A stretch of 64,000 bases of DNA, taken from positions 180,854,001-180,918,000 of the forward strand of contig OX597816.1 in assembly GCA_951406725.2 (NCBI GenBank), read 5' to 3'. Both the position numbers and the translations under genes were made by a program. The notes under the pieces are model-generated. The model was not told where the DNA came from. It ran no database searches and saw only the letters and a program-made list of their open reading frames with translations. Of this stretch, positions 24,850 through 38,610 are shown in pieces. Origin of the DNA: Octopus vulgaris. Its lineage: Eukaryota. Position 1 is the stretch's first letter; the number at the start of each line of letters is the position of its first letter.

Positions 24850-25520
24850 ATTAAATTTGGGTCAACGACTTTACATACACCACCACTCCTCAAACATTTA
24901 ATCATGTATAAAAAAACACCTTGGTTCCCAGTCACATAAAAAATAATACATATACATAAAATCCCAGAAGGTAAAATGACAGTCGCCATTTCTCACTAGA
25001 GAGTTTTCCTTCCTTCTCTTTGGAACTCTCTCGGCGCGTAGTTATTTCACTCACGTCAACGCTGGCTGCTCAGTAAGTTCTTCTGATGAGCCAGCGGATT
25101 GAACAAACAATGTGACTTTCTTGGAGGCATTCTCGCGCGCACTCCTAGCGCCGCCGTCGCTTCCATGTTGTTTCGGTTTGGACCAACCAACCAACCAACC
25201 AACCGTCCGTATCGGAAGATTTAATTTAGCCAAGCATCGCATGCTTAACTACCAGGCACACTTACGGACTGCTAAAAGTGGTGACCGTTTGGCTTAATAT
25301 TGGTGATCCGACTTAGAACATGTTCTCGTATATATTGGTGACTAGGAAGCAACGATCATCGTTCCGTCTAAAGACACGACCAGCTCCCTTTCACTGTGAA
25401 CTTCAGCCTCGCCTTCTTGCGATTGAGGCTATGAATTCGACCATTCTCACGGACGCCACGGAGGGAGCTACTTCAATTACATCATGCACTTTCGTATTGT
25501 TACTGTACTAGTGACTACTA
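24850..25520. mobile_element. CpG-rich block, possible solo LTR
   Basis: Composition resembles the LTRs at 18639/20787, with a TATA-like tract at about 25328. Termini and TSD not resolved. Confidence 0.3.
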
Positions 25521-27240
25521 CTATAAAAATGTTAGAATTGATTTTAGCCTTACTCGTGACCTGTTCTCAGTTGTAACATCCATTAAGAATGGAAAATTAA
25601 ATAAAATTTACTCTAATAATCTCACAAACTTATACAATAATACTAACAGCTATAGATTCCCGAACGACAGAAGGGAAATAACCCATACTAATTCCTTTAC
25701 TATCAATTCTTCTAATAAATATACACATAAGGGTGTAAACGAATATTGTGACTGCAAAGTTAAAACTAATTGTAAATTCAAAAATTCATGTAAAAAAGAT
25801 AACGTAGTCTACCAATGTACAGTAGAATCTCAGGGGAAAAGTATTATTATATAGGTTCTACCGAAAATAGGATTAAAATCAGAGTTTTAAAATAGGCAAA
25901 AAATTAATTCCACTGGATTAAGTTAGTTCATACGGGATTTAAACGATAATAACATTGAATTTAAAATTAGATGGGACATTATTTATTCTGCAAGTTTGTA
26001 TAGAGTCTCAAACAGGAGATGTAACTTGTGTACCGGAGAAGCTTTTAGAATACTTGCTTCTAAAAAAATTTACTTCACTTACGAAAAGAAAAAAAAGTAT
26101 TTCTTGTATTCATGCAGCGAAACATGTTTTCTGAGTTTAATTTTAAAATATTTAATTATATCATAGGATAACATAGCTATAAAACATGATATTAATAATA
26201 AATTGAAATTAATACTTTTCTGAACACTTTGGAGTCATTAATTCTGCTATTGGAATTCCTTCCTCCCATGTATTTACACATACCTAAATAATAATGACCA
26301 TATCACTTATATGACGCATTATTTCTGGCTGCATGATCTTACATTAATCGCTATAATTTAACATTTTCGTATAAAATTAATTAATATCAAACTATATATA
26401 TTAATTAATAATCATTTACTTATATAACAAATTGAAATTAATATGTGCCCCTTTACTAGATGTTTTTTCTGAGCCCTTTGGAGCTATTATATCCACTCAA
26501 TTATCTTCTTCTCATATATTTATACATAAACAAGATCGACTATACAACTTATAATACACCATTCCGTTGCCTTTATTACCTTACATCAATAACTATATTT
26601 TAACATATTATTATAAACTAATTTGAAAGCTACATAGTATATATACGCACAATATGTGTACATATGTGAAAGTATCTGTACATCTGTGCGCTTACGCGTG
26701 TATGTGTGTGTATGTATGTGTGTATGCATGTATATGCGTGTATATATGTATACATATGTGTGTGTGTGTGCGTGTGTATTTACGCATACATGTATATATG
26801 CGAGTGTGTCTGTGTATGTATGTATTTGAATAACCGTTATGACAAGATGCATTTCCCTCAGCAGACGCTATTGTCTATGGGCACTAATTTAAAATTTCCT
26901 CAACCGATTAATTTGGGATCTGTATGTTATTTTTTTATATGCATAAATGACAATGAATGTATATGTATTTACACATTTATATATATATATATCATAATTG
27001 GATATTTTAGTTCTGTTATTTACTTATTTTACATTTATATTATTTATTTTAAATTTTCTTCATTTTATTTCCATTTTTACTTTATTTACCTTTTTATTTT
27101 ATTCTATCTCATTTACTTTATTACCCATTTTGTTCTAACTGATCCGTTAACCCTTCACTGACTCATAATAAAAATAACAACTTCTTATTTAGTCTGCTTG
27201 CAAGAATGGAAGGGTCCATGTGTAATATCTTAATGTATAA

Positions 27241-27347
27241 CTTTTTCTCTGATGAAATTATACTCATAATACATAAATGCAAATTTAAAGCATAACTTTG
27301 TAATTTACCTATTTGAGCACTAATGGAAACGGCTGTAAGATGTAAAG
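27241..27347 (+). ncRNA. Type I hammerhead ribozyme motif with long stem II
   Basis: TCT-CTGATGA-AATTA..CTCA...TGAG..TAATG-GAAAC-GGCT-GTA-AGA. Stem I is short. Confidence 0.65.
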
Positions 27348-27599
27348 ATTACCAATTTTTTACTAATGAATAATTATTATTATTTTAACTCAGTTTTCTT
27401 TCCTTCATTTAACAGAACATGAACTTTATTCTTAATATATTACTTATTGATTTAAAGAAATTTCATTTCCCCCCAAATATTAGGTATAGTACCAGTATCC
27501 TTGTTAACTTTTCCTCTAAATAGCTTATCTATAAATATATATACATATATATTGCTGATGTCATGACGTCCTAAAAATTTAGAAAGTTCGAGAACATGA

Positions 27600-27828
27600 A
27601 ATATTCTTTTTAAGAGAAAGAAATTTCGAAGCAAGTAAAGTTATGAATAATAGCGTCTAAATATTGGGTCAAAATATTTTTGAGATAAAGAATTACGGGA
27701 AATGAAGGTTCGTGTCATGAGGACAGTCTTCGTCTTTTCCGAGCTAAGGGGTTTTTAACTCAATATTTATACGCTAATATACTATTATTTATAACTTTAT
27801 TTGCTTCGAGATTCATCGTTTCTGGAAA

Positions 27829-27835
<7 letters not shown>
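27600..27835. mobile_element. Fold-back (MITE-like) imperfect hairpin
   Basis: Left arm TTCGAAGCAAGTAAAGTTATGAATAATAGCGTCTAAATATTGGGTCAAAA pairs imperfectly with 27753-27810. Confidence 0.6.
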
Positions 27836-27878
<43 letters not shown>

Positions 27879-27898
27879 TATATACATACACATATGCA

Positions 27899-27943
<45 letters not shown>

Positions 27944-28163
27944 GTGTGTTACTTTATGCCATTTAAACCTATCTTTCCATCTTTGATCTACTTTTAATTG
28001 CTTATCTTTTTTATTTCTACTATGTATGTATGTATGTATGAAGACACTAGGCGTGTGTTAATACTTGCCTAGATGATATCTTCAATGTATGAGTCTATTA
28101 CTAGCTCATAACTATATATTGTGTACATTAAACAATATATATATATATATATATATGTATGTA

Positions 28164-28215
<52 letters not shown>

Positions 28216-29047
28216 CAAAATGGGACAAGAACGAAAAAACATCCAGACAGTTAGGTGTTACAAAAAAGGGGACAATAAAACATCCAGATAGACGATACAA
28301 AGAAAACAAGGACGAGTCATTCGGAGTTTTCTTTCCTCAGTTGAGTTCCAGATTATCTTTGCAATTTCGGCAGGTTATACTCGAGATTGCTCCAATCTGG
28401 CCAGCCCCAAAGGAAAACTAAGCTAAGAGCATTAGATTCCTTGGAAGAAAGCAGCGAATATATACGAAAACAAGGACGAAAAAAAAAAAACGGGAGAATG
28501 TTACACAAATACAAATAACAGGAGATAACAGCAGGTGTCTTTCGACTAAGGTCGAATTAAATTAAGCTGGCGTGTGTGAAAATAAAGCCTTACGGCAGGG
28601 ATACAAGGTTTCACAGGCACAGGGATGAATATAGATGTTGCACGGACGGCGGGGACCAAGAAAGAAAGGTCAGGCTTGGCCGAACACCGGTCACGTGGGG
28701 TGAGAAGAGAGAGCGGTAGAGGCAAAGAGACAGAAGAATTAAGGAGGGGCGAGAAAAAATTACAGGACACAGTGAAGTGAAAAGAGGAGGGAAAGTGAGC
28801 ATGAAGAGAAGGCAAGGAAATGTGAGAGAGGGGGAACGAAGTAAGCGTGAAAGGGCTGATAGAAAGAAAGAAAGAATAAAAGAAAGAATAGAGTCGTACA
28901 AGATGTAGATAAATATATACTCTCTAAACTAGAATGTATAATTTTCACATTCATATAATTTTCTGTTTTTACCCATTCTCGAATTTGATGGACATATAGC
29001 GGTACGTAAGCCAACCCAGGAAATCTCTAGTGAGACTTTTTATTGAT

Positions 29048-29089
29048 GTATCCGAAGAGAACCTGAACGAGTCGAAACATGTGTTGTAC
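29048..29089 (+). ncRNA. Hammerhead motif with CCGAAGA core variant
   Basis: GTAT-CCGAAGA-GA...TC-GAAAC-ATGT-GTT-GTAC; stem II is weak. Confidence 0.5.
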
Positions 29090-29217
29090 CCAATAAACTC
29101 TATTACAGATTCCATCTATTTTATTAATACTGTTACCCCAACCCCCACTACGATGTTCCTGCAATAAATCTACGGATAACAACAGGTAATCGAAACTGTG
29201 CCGGTACTTTAGTAATC

Positions 29218-29312
<95 letters not shown>

Positions 29313-29551
29313 GCCTCGAACCCACAAGAATAAACAAGAGAGACAGAAAAAGGCAGAAACAAGGAAAATTTCACTTGTATTTGAACACTATACAAATATT
29401 CCTTTAAAAAACTTTTCTTTTAATTTTTCTAAATTTAATTGTTTTCCATACTTACGGTTGAAAAAGTTCCAATGACTGAAACCGGTACTGAAATGTTTTT
29501 TATAAAATTATTTTAGCATTTTCTACCTTGACTTTTTTTTCCATCACTTTG

Positions 29552-29615
<64 letters not shown>

Positions 29616-30465
29616 GTATATACGCATATATACATTTATATATATGTGTGTGTATGTATGTATAACGAAACCTCCATAAATTAGAAAGCCTTTAAATATT
29701 ATCCTAACCAGAATTAAAATCCTCATGAAAGACAATCACGCGATATCAATTTATAGTTCAATATAGACAAGAAAATCACCATGAACCAAAAAGTCAAGTT
29801 CGGTTGTACGAGAATGAAGGACAAAATAGATCGAGAACGTAAGATATAGAAGATTCACAGACAACAAGCATAGCAAAACTGTACCTCCATCATCATTTAC
29901 CAAATGAATATCATTAGGATTTCGATATTGGAACAGTACAATTGAATGCTGCCTGGGAATTAATAGGCAAAAATCAAGAACGAAACATTAGGGTATGTTC
30001 ATTACATCTACGCTAGCTTATTACAAATACAAACATCAAATCTCAAACATAAATTATTTCTTGCCTATAGCTATTGAGTACAGGAATTAAAAAGACTATG
30101 TATAGAACATAGAAATATCTTAAGACTAGACATTGCCACCTCATGAATTATAAAACTTAAAATGCACTTTCAAACTAAACGCATTGAACGAAAATGACTT
30201 ACTCAAAATTTCACGTTACTGAGACGCCAAGAAAGAAATTAAGAATAACCTAAGGCATAATAAACCTAGAATTTCAAATATATAGAATTTCAAATATATA
30301 GATTAATTAAAGAACATAGACCAATAGACATTGCTACTTCACAATCTTTAACATATTTCAAACACGAAAAGATAAAACGAATGATATCTCTTTAACTACG
30401 AAATTCCAATCGTCTTCGAACATTTGAGAAAAGCATATGATTGAAAGGCGAGCCATATGTATGTA

Positions 30466-31436
30466 TTAGGTTGGGAAGAAAGTCTTGTCACATCTCAAGA
30501 TGGGAAAAAATCAAATGCTTCTTTGGCCTTGATTGATACATTTGATCAAGATAATATTTTTCCTTTATTAGTGATAACGAGATCCCATCTGTTTCGCAAA
30601 TTGTTGTTTCCTCAGGCGTAAAATTCTTCAGATTTCAAAGGAAAGAAACAGTCAATTTCATTTTAAACCTATTTACAATTAATAAACTGTCTTCCCTCAA
30701 AATAATGTTGTAAGGATCTGAAAAGATGAGAGACAGGCGAAGTAAGGTCGAGCGAAAGGAGGATGAAACAAAAAAATTTCATATTTAGTGCCACGATCAT
30801 TTCCGAATGACTCGTATCATAAGTAGCCTTGCATCATCAACTAATATCACCCATTTACGATTCACCAATGATGAGCGCTTTTTCTGCACATTTTTGTATT
30901 GTGCTGCCAATCGACGACAATAATTCTCTGAATTAACAGTTTTGTTTTGGCTTAACACTTTATGATATATTAGTGTCGTTGTCGTTGCATTTGATTATAG
31001 AGGATCCACTTTTCATTATTTGCGATGATTCTACATAGGAAAGGTACGCAACGGAGAAGCAGATGATGAGTGATCCACTGACCAAGTTTAGACACTTTTC
31101 TTATGATTTGAATTGAACTGTTTTGTTACTTCACGAGCAGTTTGCTTTGGATTTTCCTCAACTACAGTTTTCAGAATATCAGTATCGACAGAACTTGGTC
31201 ATCCAGATTGAGCCGAACCTGCGAGAGAAAAATTTCCCGAACGAAACTGGCCAAACCATCTCCGGACACTTAAAACTTCAATACGAATTTAACCGCTATA
31301 TAATGAAGTAACTTGCAAAGATAGAAATATAACCATTGGAATGTAAAGAGATTTTTTTTTTTTTACTGTAAGTATTGAAAAAAGTACCCTCAAAATAATC
31401 ATGTCAAAAATGCGACAGGTCTTTCTTTCCAACTAA
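30466..31436 (-). pseudogene. mariner (DD34D-like) transposon relic
   Basis: TIRs of about 27 bp flanked by TA. The minus strand gives HPP....HLFRSLQHYFEGRQF...FYA*G..NLRNRWDLVITNKGKY. Confidence 0.85.
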
Positions 31437-32329
31437 TATATATTTTGTACGAAATTGATTAAATCAATGGGAACTACTTTCAAAAGTAGTATTTAATACA
31501 TGATATAAGTGTAGAATTCTATTTGTTTATTTAAAAATTAACATTGCACAATAAAGATCGTTTCCACACGAAGGTCATTATCAAGGACACACATACACAC
31601 ATGTATGTCTGTCTGTATGTATGTATGTATGTATGTATGTATGTATGTATGTATGTATGTATGCATGTATGTATGTATGTATGTATGCATGTACGCACAC
31701 ACACACATATTTATATAATAGACATATATATCTAGCTATACTTACATACTTTAATATACATACATCTATGCACCTTTGAAGCTCTCTCTCTCTCTCTCTC
31801 TCTTTGTGCAGTGGTGTAAGTTTTCTAACTTGCAACATATGCCTGTGGTGTGATTTTGCTAACTGGTATGATACAACCAGTGTGAGAATGAACGAAATAG
31901 AATTTGCTAATTGATAGAAATATGTGGCACATAAAACTTCACAGAAATAAACTCAATGGAGATGTGTTATTCGCCTTCCAAAGGCACACAGACAAACAGT
32001 CAGACAGTTAAACAGGCATAAAGTAGTTATCTGTAAAGTGTAATCTTTCTCTGGAATGAAGATCTCATTTTATATTTGAGTATGTTGCACTACCTTGATG
32101 TAAACACTCTGGAGTTTCTTTGCATGTATGTATGTATGTATGTATGTATGTATGTATTTATGTATATTTGTATGTATGTATGTATGTATGTATGTATGTA
32201 TGTATGTATCTATCTATCTATCTAGTTATTTATCTATCTATCTCTGTCTCGGTCTCTGGCCCCTCTCTCTTTCACTCTACACTCACACACACACATGACA
32301 GAAGTAAATAGACACCCTTATAATCATTA

Positions 32330-32700
32330 AAAATTATACATTCAAATTATTTATTAATTATTATAATGTGAATACCTAATATTTAGTTGACATGTCCTTT
32401 GCATTTTTCAATGCAAGGATTCTATAAGGTATGAATGACTGATCTGATGACAAATATTCTCTTGCGAATTTCTTACCAAGTTTCATGCAGTAATCTCAAA
32501 AGATCTAGCTTTGGTTATGTTTTCTTGTTCTTTTTACGAAGTGTCCTATCCATTATGCCCCAGTGGTGTTCAATTGGGTCCATATCTGGTGAATGGCTTG
32601 GCCACGAACGTTTTTTAATGCCATTCTTTTTCAACGTTTCATTTTTTTAGCCGTGTGACAATGAGCCTCATCTTCCATAAAAAGTCCTCTTTAATCATTT
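32330..32700 (-). pseudogene. Tc1 (DD34E) transposase C-terminal fragment
   Basis: The minus strand gives WPSHSPDMDPIEHHWGIMDR. Confidence 0.8.
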
Positions 32701-32704
32701 CACC

Positions 32705-32945
32705 AGAGCGATGGTGGGGGGAGACAAACACAGACCCACAAACACATACATACATACATACATACATACATACATACATGTATGTGTGTGTGTGTGTGTG
32801 TGTATATATATAAACACGACGGGCTTTTTTCAATTTCCGCCTACCAAATCCACTCACAAGGCCTTGGTCAGTCCGAGGGTATAGTAGAAGACACTTGTCC
32901 AAGTGGAACTGAACCCGGAACCATGCAGTTTGGAAGCAAGCTTCT
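32705..32945 (-). mobile_element. CORE-type SINE, partial
   Basis: Reverse complement matches 4255-4460. Confidence 0.85.
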
Positions 32946-34715
32946 TTATTTCATTATATTGGCCATAAAAGGCCGTACATAGAGCAAGTAAGCTGCGGGC
33001 TGGACACAGACATAATGTTATATGAAATGAAAAATGAAAATGATGATTAATGGGGGGGGGGGGAAAGCGACGCCCGCCGAGAACATTGATCTCTTATTTT
33101 ATTCACGAGGCAACAAACCTCTTACACTGTTCATAATTCAAAAAATGAGGCACTAAGCCTATTACCTTTTTTTTCCAAACTAGGAACTTTCAATAACACT
33201 GAGGCTTTTCAACCTCTTATCCATATTCCTCCCCAACATCGCTTGTGACCCCATCCTCCGCCATCACCCACGCCTCATTCAAGCACAAGGCGGATGCCGT
33301 GTTGGCGTCGCCCGGCCATACGCGATATTCCTCGTTATGACCTCCACAGCTATCTGCAGAGGCCATTCGCGTGCAGGTTAAAGGTACTCCCTTATGGTGC
33401 TTTTCCAACACCTTCTCCACATCTCCGCCCTTGTAGAAGAAGACCAATAATTCGTCTTCCTCCGGGGACGAGGTAGTCACTTCTATTGTCGGCAGCACAA
33501 TTCCTACCGACAGTATCTCTTCTTCTTCCAGTGGTACAACCCCCACCGACGAGGTTCCGGGACATTCCGGTACTATGACACCGACTGCCGGCAATGTCCC
33601 GTTTCTCTTCCTCTTCCTCTATTTTTCTTCTCACCTGAGGGAGGGTGCGTCTCCTCCGTGACCGGGAGATTCGCCTTCCCTCCCTCATCCCTATGATACT
33701 TCGGTGAGCATCCATTGTTGCTCACCTTCTTCTTCTTGCGGCCCTTCTTTGAGGAGTCCTCCGCCTCCTCGGCTGCCTTCATTCCCTCTTCTCCAGTGGT
33801 CTCAACCAACTACTCCATGACCTTACTTTGTTCTTGGGGACAGTTTTTCTTTATATGGCCAGGCTCCAGGCACCGATGATACCTGGGGTGGGGGTGGGGC
33901 GACCCTCAAGAATCACCGGGTACCTGCACCCGGCCATTTAAAAAAATCTGGAAAAACCAGATTCACTGATTGGGTCCAAGGGTCAAAACAGCTTTTGACC
34001 CAACCCAATCAGCTGCAGGAAAAACTTTTACTTTAAGGAGTTGGCTCCGCTGCCACCCAGACCCCGGCGGATAGCTTCCTCTATCCACTCGGGTTTTGTT
34101 CCGGATGGCAACCCACAGACCCAAGCTCTTGTCAACTTCCTCCCACAATACGTGGGAAGAAACAGAATTTAATTGCTCTCCAGGGGCTGGCTCGCAAAAA
34201 TGCGAACCTCCTCAGGGGTGTCAAACAGCAACCACACCGTTGCATATTTGACCACACTGGAGATGAATTTAATAGTTGGCAAATATTCTGCCCACTCTTA
34301 CTCAATTTCACGCTTTTGAAAGAGGGCGATGTCATAGAGCGACTTGGAGTACGATCGTAGCACCACCGTCCTCTCTTCAAAGTCTTTCATCCACTGTTTG
34401 GGTGCGAAATCTCCCACTCCAACGCAGTATTATTTATCTTCTTTGCCATGTCTTTTTTTGAAAAAAAGTCCACAAAAAAACCCCAAAAGTTCAAAGTTAA
34501 AAAAAACTACAGGAAGGAAGGAAGATGACGAGAAACAGTTAAAAAAAAAACAGAGCAAATTCTTCTGGCTGTCCTGGTACTCCGGGCCAACTTGGTAATC
34601 CTCCTGTCAAGGGTACAAAACAGTCACAAAAATAACACAATTTTCGGAGGGATACGCCCCCAAAACACACTTCTCACCGCTAAGTGAGACTTTAAACACA
34701 ACTACAGGCTGACAA
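32945..34715 (-). pseudogene. Non-LTR ORF1-like relic with a CCHC-type zinc knuckle
   Basis: The minus strand gives VILEGRP...HRCLEPGHIRKNCPQ (about 33835-33920), then a Lys/Glu-rich region and AATAAA near the 3' end. No ORF2 seen. Confidence 0.55.
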
Positions 34716-34794
34716 ATATATATATATATATATATATTTCGTTTTGGGATTTGGTTTGCAAGATTCTTTATGAGTTTGTGAGTTGAAGCATATT

Positions 34795-35683
34795 CTGTTG
34801 TGTCTGGGCAGAGTCATTTTCTTTTTGTGCCTTATAATGTAACACACTCACCGGTAAAATTTCCACTTATTTCTTATTTTTATTTTCCTAAAATATACAT
34901 AGTAGATACCATACCTCCATACCCACAGTTTACACAGGTAGAGTAGAATAGTTAGTGGACTGTTAGGTAGATAAGTATATGTATGTGTGTGTGTGGGTGT
35001 GAGTGTGTGTATGCACTTTTTTTGTATGTAAGCATATAGATATGAAAATCAACATACAGACGGATAGGTACATAGGTTACAAGAACAGACAAGCACACAT
35101 ACGCAAATGGAGACTGAAACACACGACCATTTATACACACTTTATTTCACACAAAGATACATATGGAGACACGGATCCACGCATATAAAGATGCACATCC
35201 ATACATACAAGCATGGTACATAGTGGCATAACACACACACACACACAGACATGCACACACAAGGAGACAGAGGTGCATACATATACAAACACATGCTCAC
35301 ACATACATACATACATAGAAAATGCACAAACACGGACATGCAAGTACATAAATATGCAGGATACGTACATACAGATGCACACACATACATACATACATAT
35401 ATACATATGCATACACACACATATATACAGACATACACATGCAAACATACACATACGTAAATGCATGCATGTATAGGCACACACACACACTGACCCACAC
35501 ACATGCGCACAAACAAACAAAAGGGAACGCAGCGTAAATAATGGACAGAGTCAAGACTATTGAAAAGGTTGCAAGACAACGAAAATTTTAGGAAAATAAA
35601 AATAAGAAATAAGTGGAAATTTTACCGGTGAGTGTGTTAAATTATAAGGCACAAAAAGGAATGACTTTCCCCAGACAAAACAG
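34795..35683. repeat. Inverted repeat of about 100 bp (34795-34894 / 35585-35683) bracketing CA-rich DNA
   Basis: Arms differ by a few substitutions; (AT)n lies outside both ends. Confidence 0.85.
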
Positions 35684-35700
35684 TATATATATATATATAT

Positions 35701-36591
35701 TAATTATTATTATTCTGATCCCCCTAGTCGCCACTCTGTTTACTATTTCAGCCTCGCCTCGTTTTTGCATATTCTGTATAATTCACTAGTTATCGTTATA
35801 GATATTTAGGTTCTATCTCCCTTACAGGGCTGATTAGAAATTGGCTGCCGGTTCTTCGCGGGGTTTCTCTCCCCCTCTTTTTACATTGTCTGTCTGGACT
35901 CCTCTTCCTACTCCTCGACATGGCCATGCATACTTAAGCTAGTAACCTGCCTCACTCATGATTCCGAACTCCTTTTGCCAAGTCTGTCCGTAAACGAAGT
36001 GATCCCAAGATAAGAAATCTTTGAACTTTAATTCATCCGTATCTCTATTTATTATTATTATTTATTAATTATTATTATTCTGATCCCCCTAGTCGCCACT
36101 CTGTTTACTATTTCAGCCTCGCCTCGTTTTTGCATATTCTGTATAATTCACTAGTTATCGTTATAGATATTTAGGTTCTATCTCCCTTACAGGGCTGATT
36201 AGAAATTGGCTGCCGGTTCTTCGCGGGGTTTCTCTCCCCCTCTTTTTACATTGTCTGTCTGGACTCCTCTTCCTACTCCTCGACATGGCCATGCATACTT
36301 AAGCTAGTAACCTGCCTCACTCATGATTCCGAACTCCTTTTGCCAAGTCTGTCCGTAAACGAAGTGATCCCAAGATAAGAAATCTTTGAACTTTAATTCA
36401 TCCGTATCTCTATTTATTATTATTATTTATTAATTATTATTATTCTGATCCCCCTAGTCGCCACTCTGTTTACTATTTCAGCCTCGCCTCGTTTTTGCAT
36501 ATTCTGTATAATTCACTAGTTATCGTTATAGATATTTAGGTTCTATCTCCCTTACAGGGCTGATTAGAAATTGGCTGCCGGTTCTTCGCGG
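35701..36591. repeat. 365-bp tandem repeat, about 2.4 copies
   Basis: Units start at 35701, 36066 and 36431 and appear identical. Confidence 0.95.
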
Positions 36592-36670
36592 CGCGCCCGC
36601 CCTACCCACCCCCACCACCAATACCGGATATCTCTATTTTGCTCCAACTATACCGGATGTCGTTTCTCCC

Positions 36671-37302
36671 ACCATTATAGGTGTCTACTCTTTGAACCCC
36701 TCTCTTCAATACGCTATTTCACCATGCATTACCCCTCTCTCGATATCCTACGTTCTACTTGCCTAGAACCTGTCCTCTGAACCACCCCTCCCACTGGTGC
36801 TCCCCCATATTTCTGCACCCCCCACCACCATTATAGGTGTCTACTCTTTGAACCCCCCTCTTCAATACGCTATTTCACCATGCATTACCCCTCTCTCGAT
36901 ATCCTACGTTCTACTTGCCTAGAACCTGTCCTCTGAACCACCCCTCCCGCTGGTGCTCCCCTATATTTCTGCACCCCCACCACCACCATTATAGGTGTCT
37001 ACTCTTTGAACCCCCCTCTTCAATACACTATTTCACCATTTCACCATGCATTACCCCTCTCTCGATATCCTACGTTCTACTTGCCTAGAACCTGTCCTCT
37101 GAACCACCCCTCCCACTGGTGCTCCCCTATATTTCTGCACCCCCCCCACCATTATAGGTGTCTACTCTTTGAACCCCCCTCTTCAATACGCTATTTCACC
37201 ATGCATTACCCCTCTCTCGATATCCTACGTTCTACTTGCCTATTACCTGTCCTCTGAACCACCCCTCCCACTGGTGCTCCCCTATATTTCTGCACCCCCC
37301 CC
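36671..37302. repeat. Pyrimidine-rich tandem repeat of about 156-163 bp, 4 copies
   Basis: ACCATTATAGGTGTC starts at 36671, 36827, 36985 and 37148; the array is followed by an A-run. Confidence 0.95.
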
Positions 37303-37318
37303 ATAAAAAAAAAAAAAA

Positions 37319-37554
37319 GCACCATCCGAACGTGGCCGATGCCAGACCCCTCTGGCACCTGTGCAGGTGGCACGTAAAAAACACCCACTACACTCGCGGA
37401 GTGGTTGGCGTTAGGAAGGGCATCCAGCTGTAGAAACACTGCCAGACTAGACTGGAGCCTGGGGCAGTCCCGAGCTCTCCAGACCCCGGTCGAAACCGTC
37501 CAACCCGTGCTAGCGCGGAAAACGGACGTTAAACGATGATGATGATGATGATGA

Positions 37555-37558
<4 letters not shown>
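37319..37558 (+). mobile_element. Meta-domain-type SINE, 5'-truncated
   Basis: GGTTGGCGTTAGGAAGGGCATCCAGCTGTAGAAAC domain and a (GAT)n tail. Confidence 0.7.
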
Positions 37559-37598
<40 letters not shown>

Positions 37599-37601
<3 letters not shown>

Positions 37602-37910
37602 TTATAATAAAGGGTTAAATGCAACAAGTTGCTCAAAACCACATACCGAAAATATTAGAAATAGCAGCCAAAATTGGTCAGTATTTCCTCTACTAGTAAA
37701 AAGTCTCCACAAACAAACAGAATTTGTAAGCTGTATATGGCAAAAAAAGGCAAAAAAAGGCAAAAAAGGCCATATACAGCTTACAAATTCTGTTTGTTTG
37801 TGGAGACTTTTACTAGTAGAGGAAATACTGACCAATTTTGGCTGCTATTTCTAATATTTTCGGTATGTGGTTTTGAGCAACTTGTTGCATTTAACCCTTT
37901 ATTATAATTA
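37599..37910. repeat. Near-perfect 143-bp inverted repeat with a 27-bp spacer
   Basis: Arms 37599-37741 / 37769-37910 differ by a 1-nt indel. The spacer is a CAAAAAAAGG reiteration. Confidence 0.95.
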
Positions 37911-38003
37911 TTATAATCCTTACCAAATATGGTCTTTTCCATACCGACAAATCTACTAGGTGAAATTGATTAATTTTATTAAATTAATTATATTCCACCC
38001 TTT

Positions 38004-38055
<52 letters not shown>

Positions 38056-38130
38056 GTATGTGACCCCGTGAAGACTACCTGCAATTTTTTTTCCTCTGTC
38101 CTCCCGTCTCGGGATCTTTCTTTCTCCTAT

Positions 38131-38165
38131 GTTTCTGACGAAGAGCTCCGCTCGAAACGTCATAC
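38131..38165 (+). ncRNA. Minimal hammerhead motif in a short (AT)n-flanked element (38052-38260)
   Basis: GTTT-CTGACGA-A-GAGC-TCC-GCTC-GAAAC-GTC-ATAC. Confidence 0.65.
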
Positions 38166-38257
38166 CCTCCTTCTTCCATTTTCCTGAGCGACTAATAATA
38201 ACCATACTGTAATTGTTCCACGTGTTGTTGTTTTTTCTGTTTTCCCGTTTGGATTAA

Positions 38258-38319
<62 letters not shown>

Positions 38320-38418
38320 TCAATAAAAAAGGGTAGAATTAATTAATTATTAATTAATTCGACCGAGCAGTGTTCGGTATGTAAAAAGACCATTTACGAT
38401 TAATATTTCAAATATACC

Positions 38419-38469
<51 letters not shown>

Positions 38470-38515
38470 GTATATATATATATATACCGTATATATATAT
38501 ATATATATATATACC

Positions 38516-38579
<64 letters not shown>

Positions 38580-38610
38580 TTTATTAAAAAAAGCAGCAAA
38601 AAATATTAAA

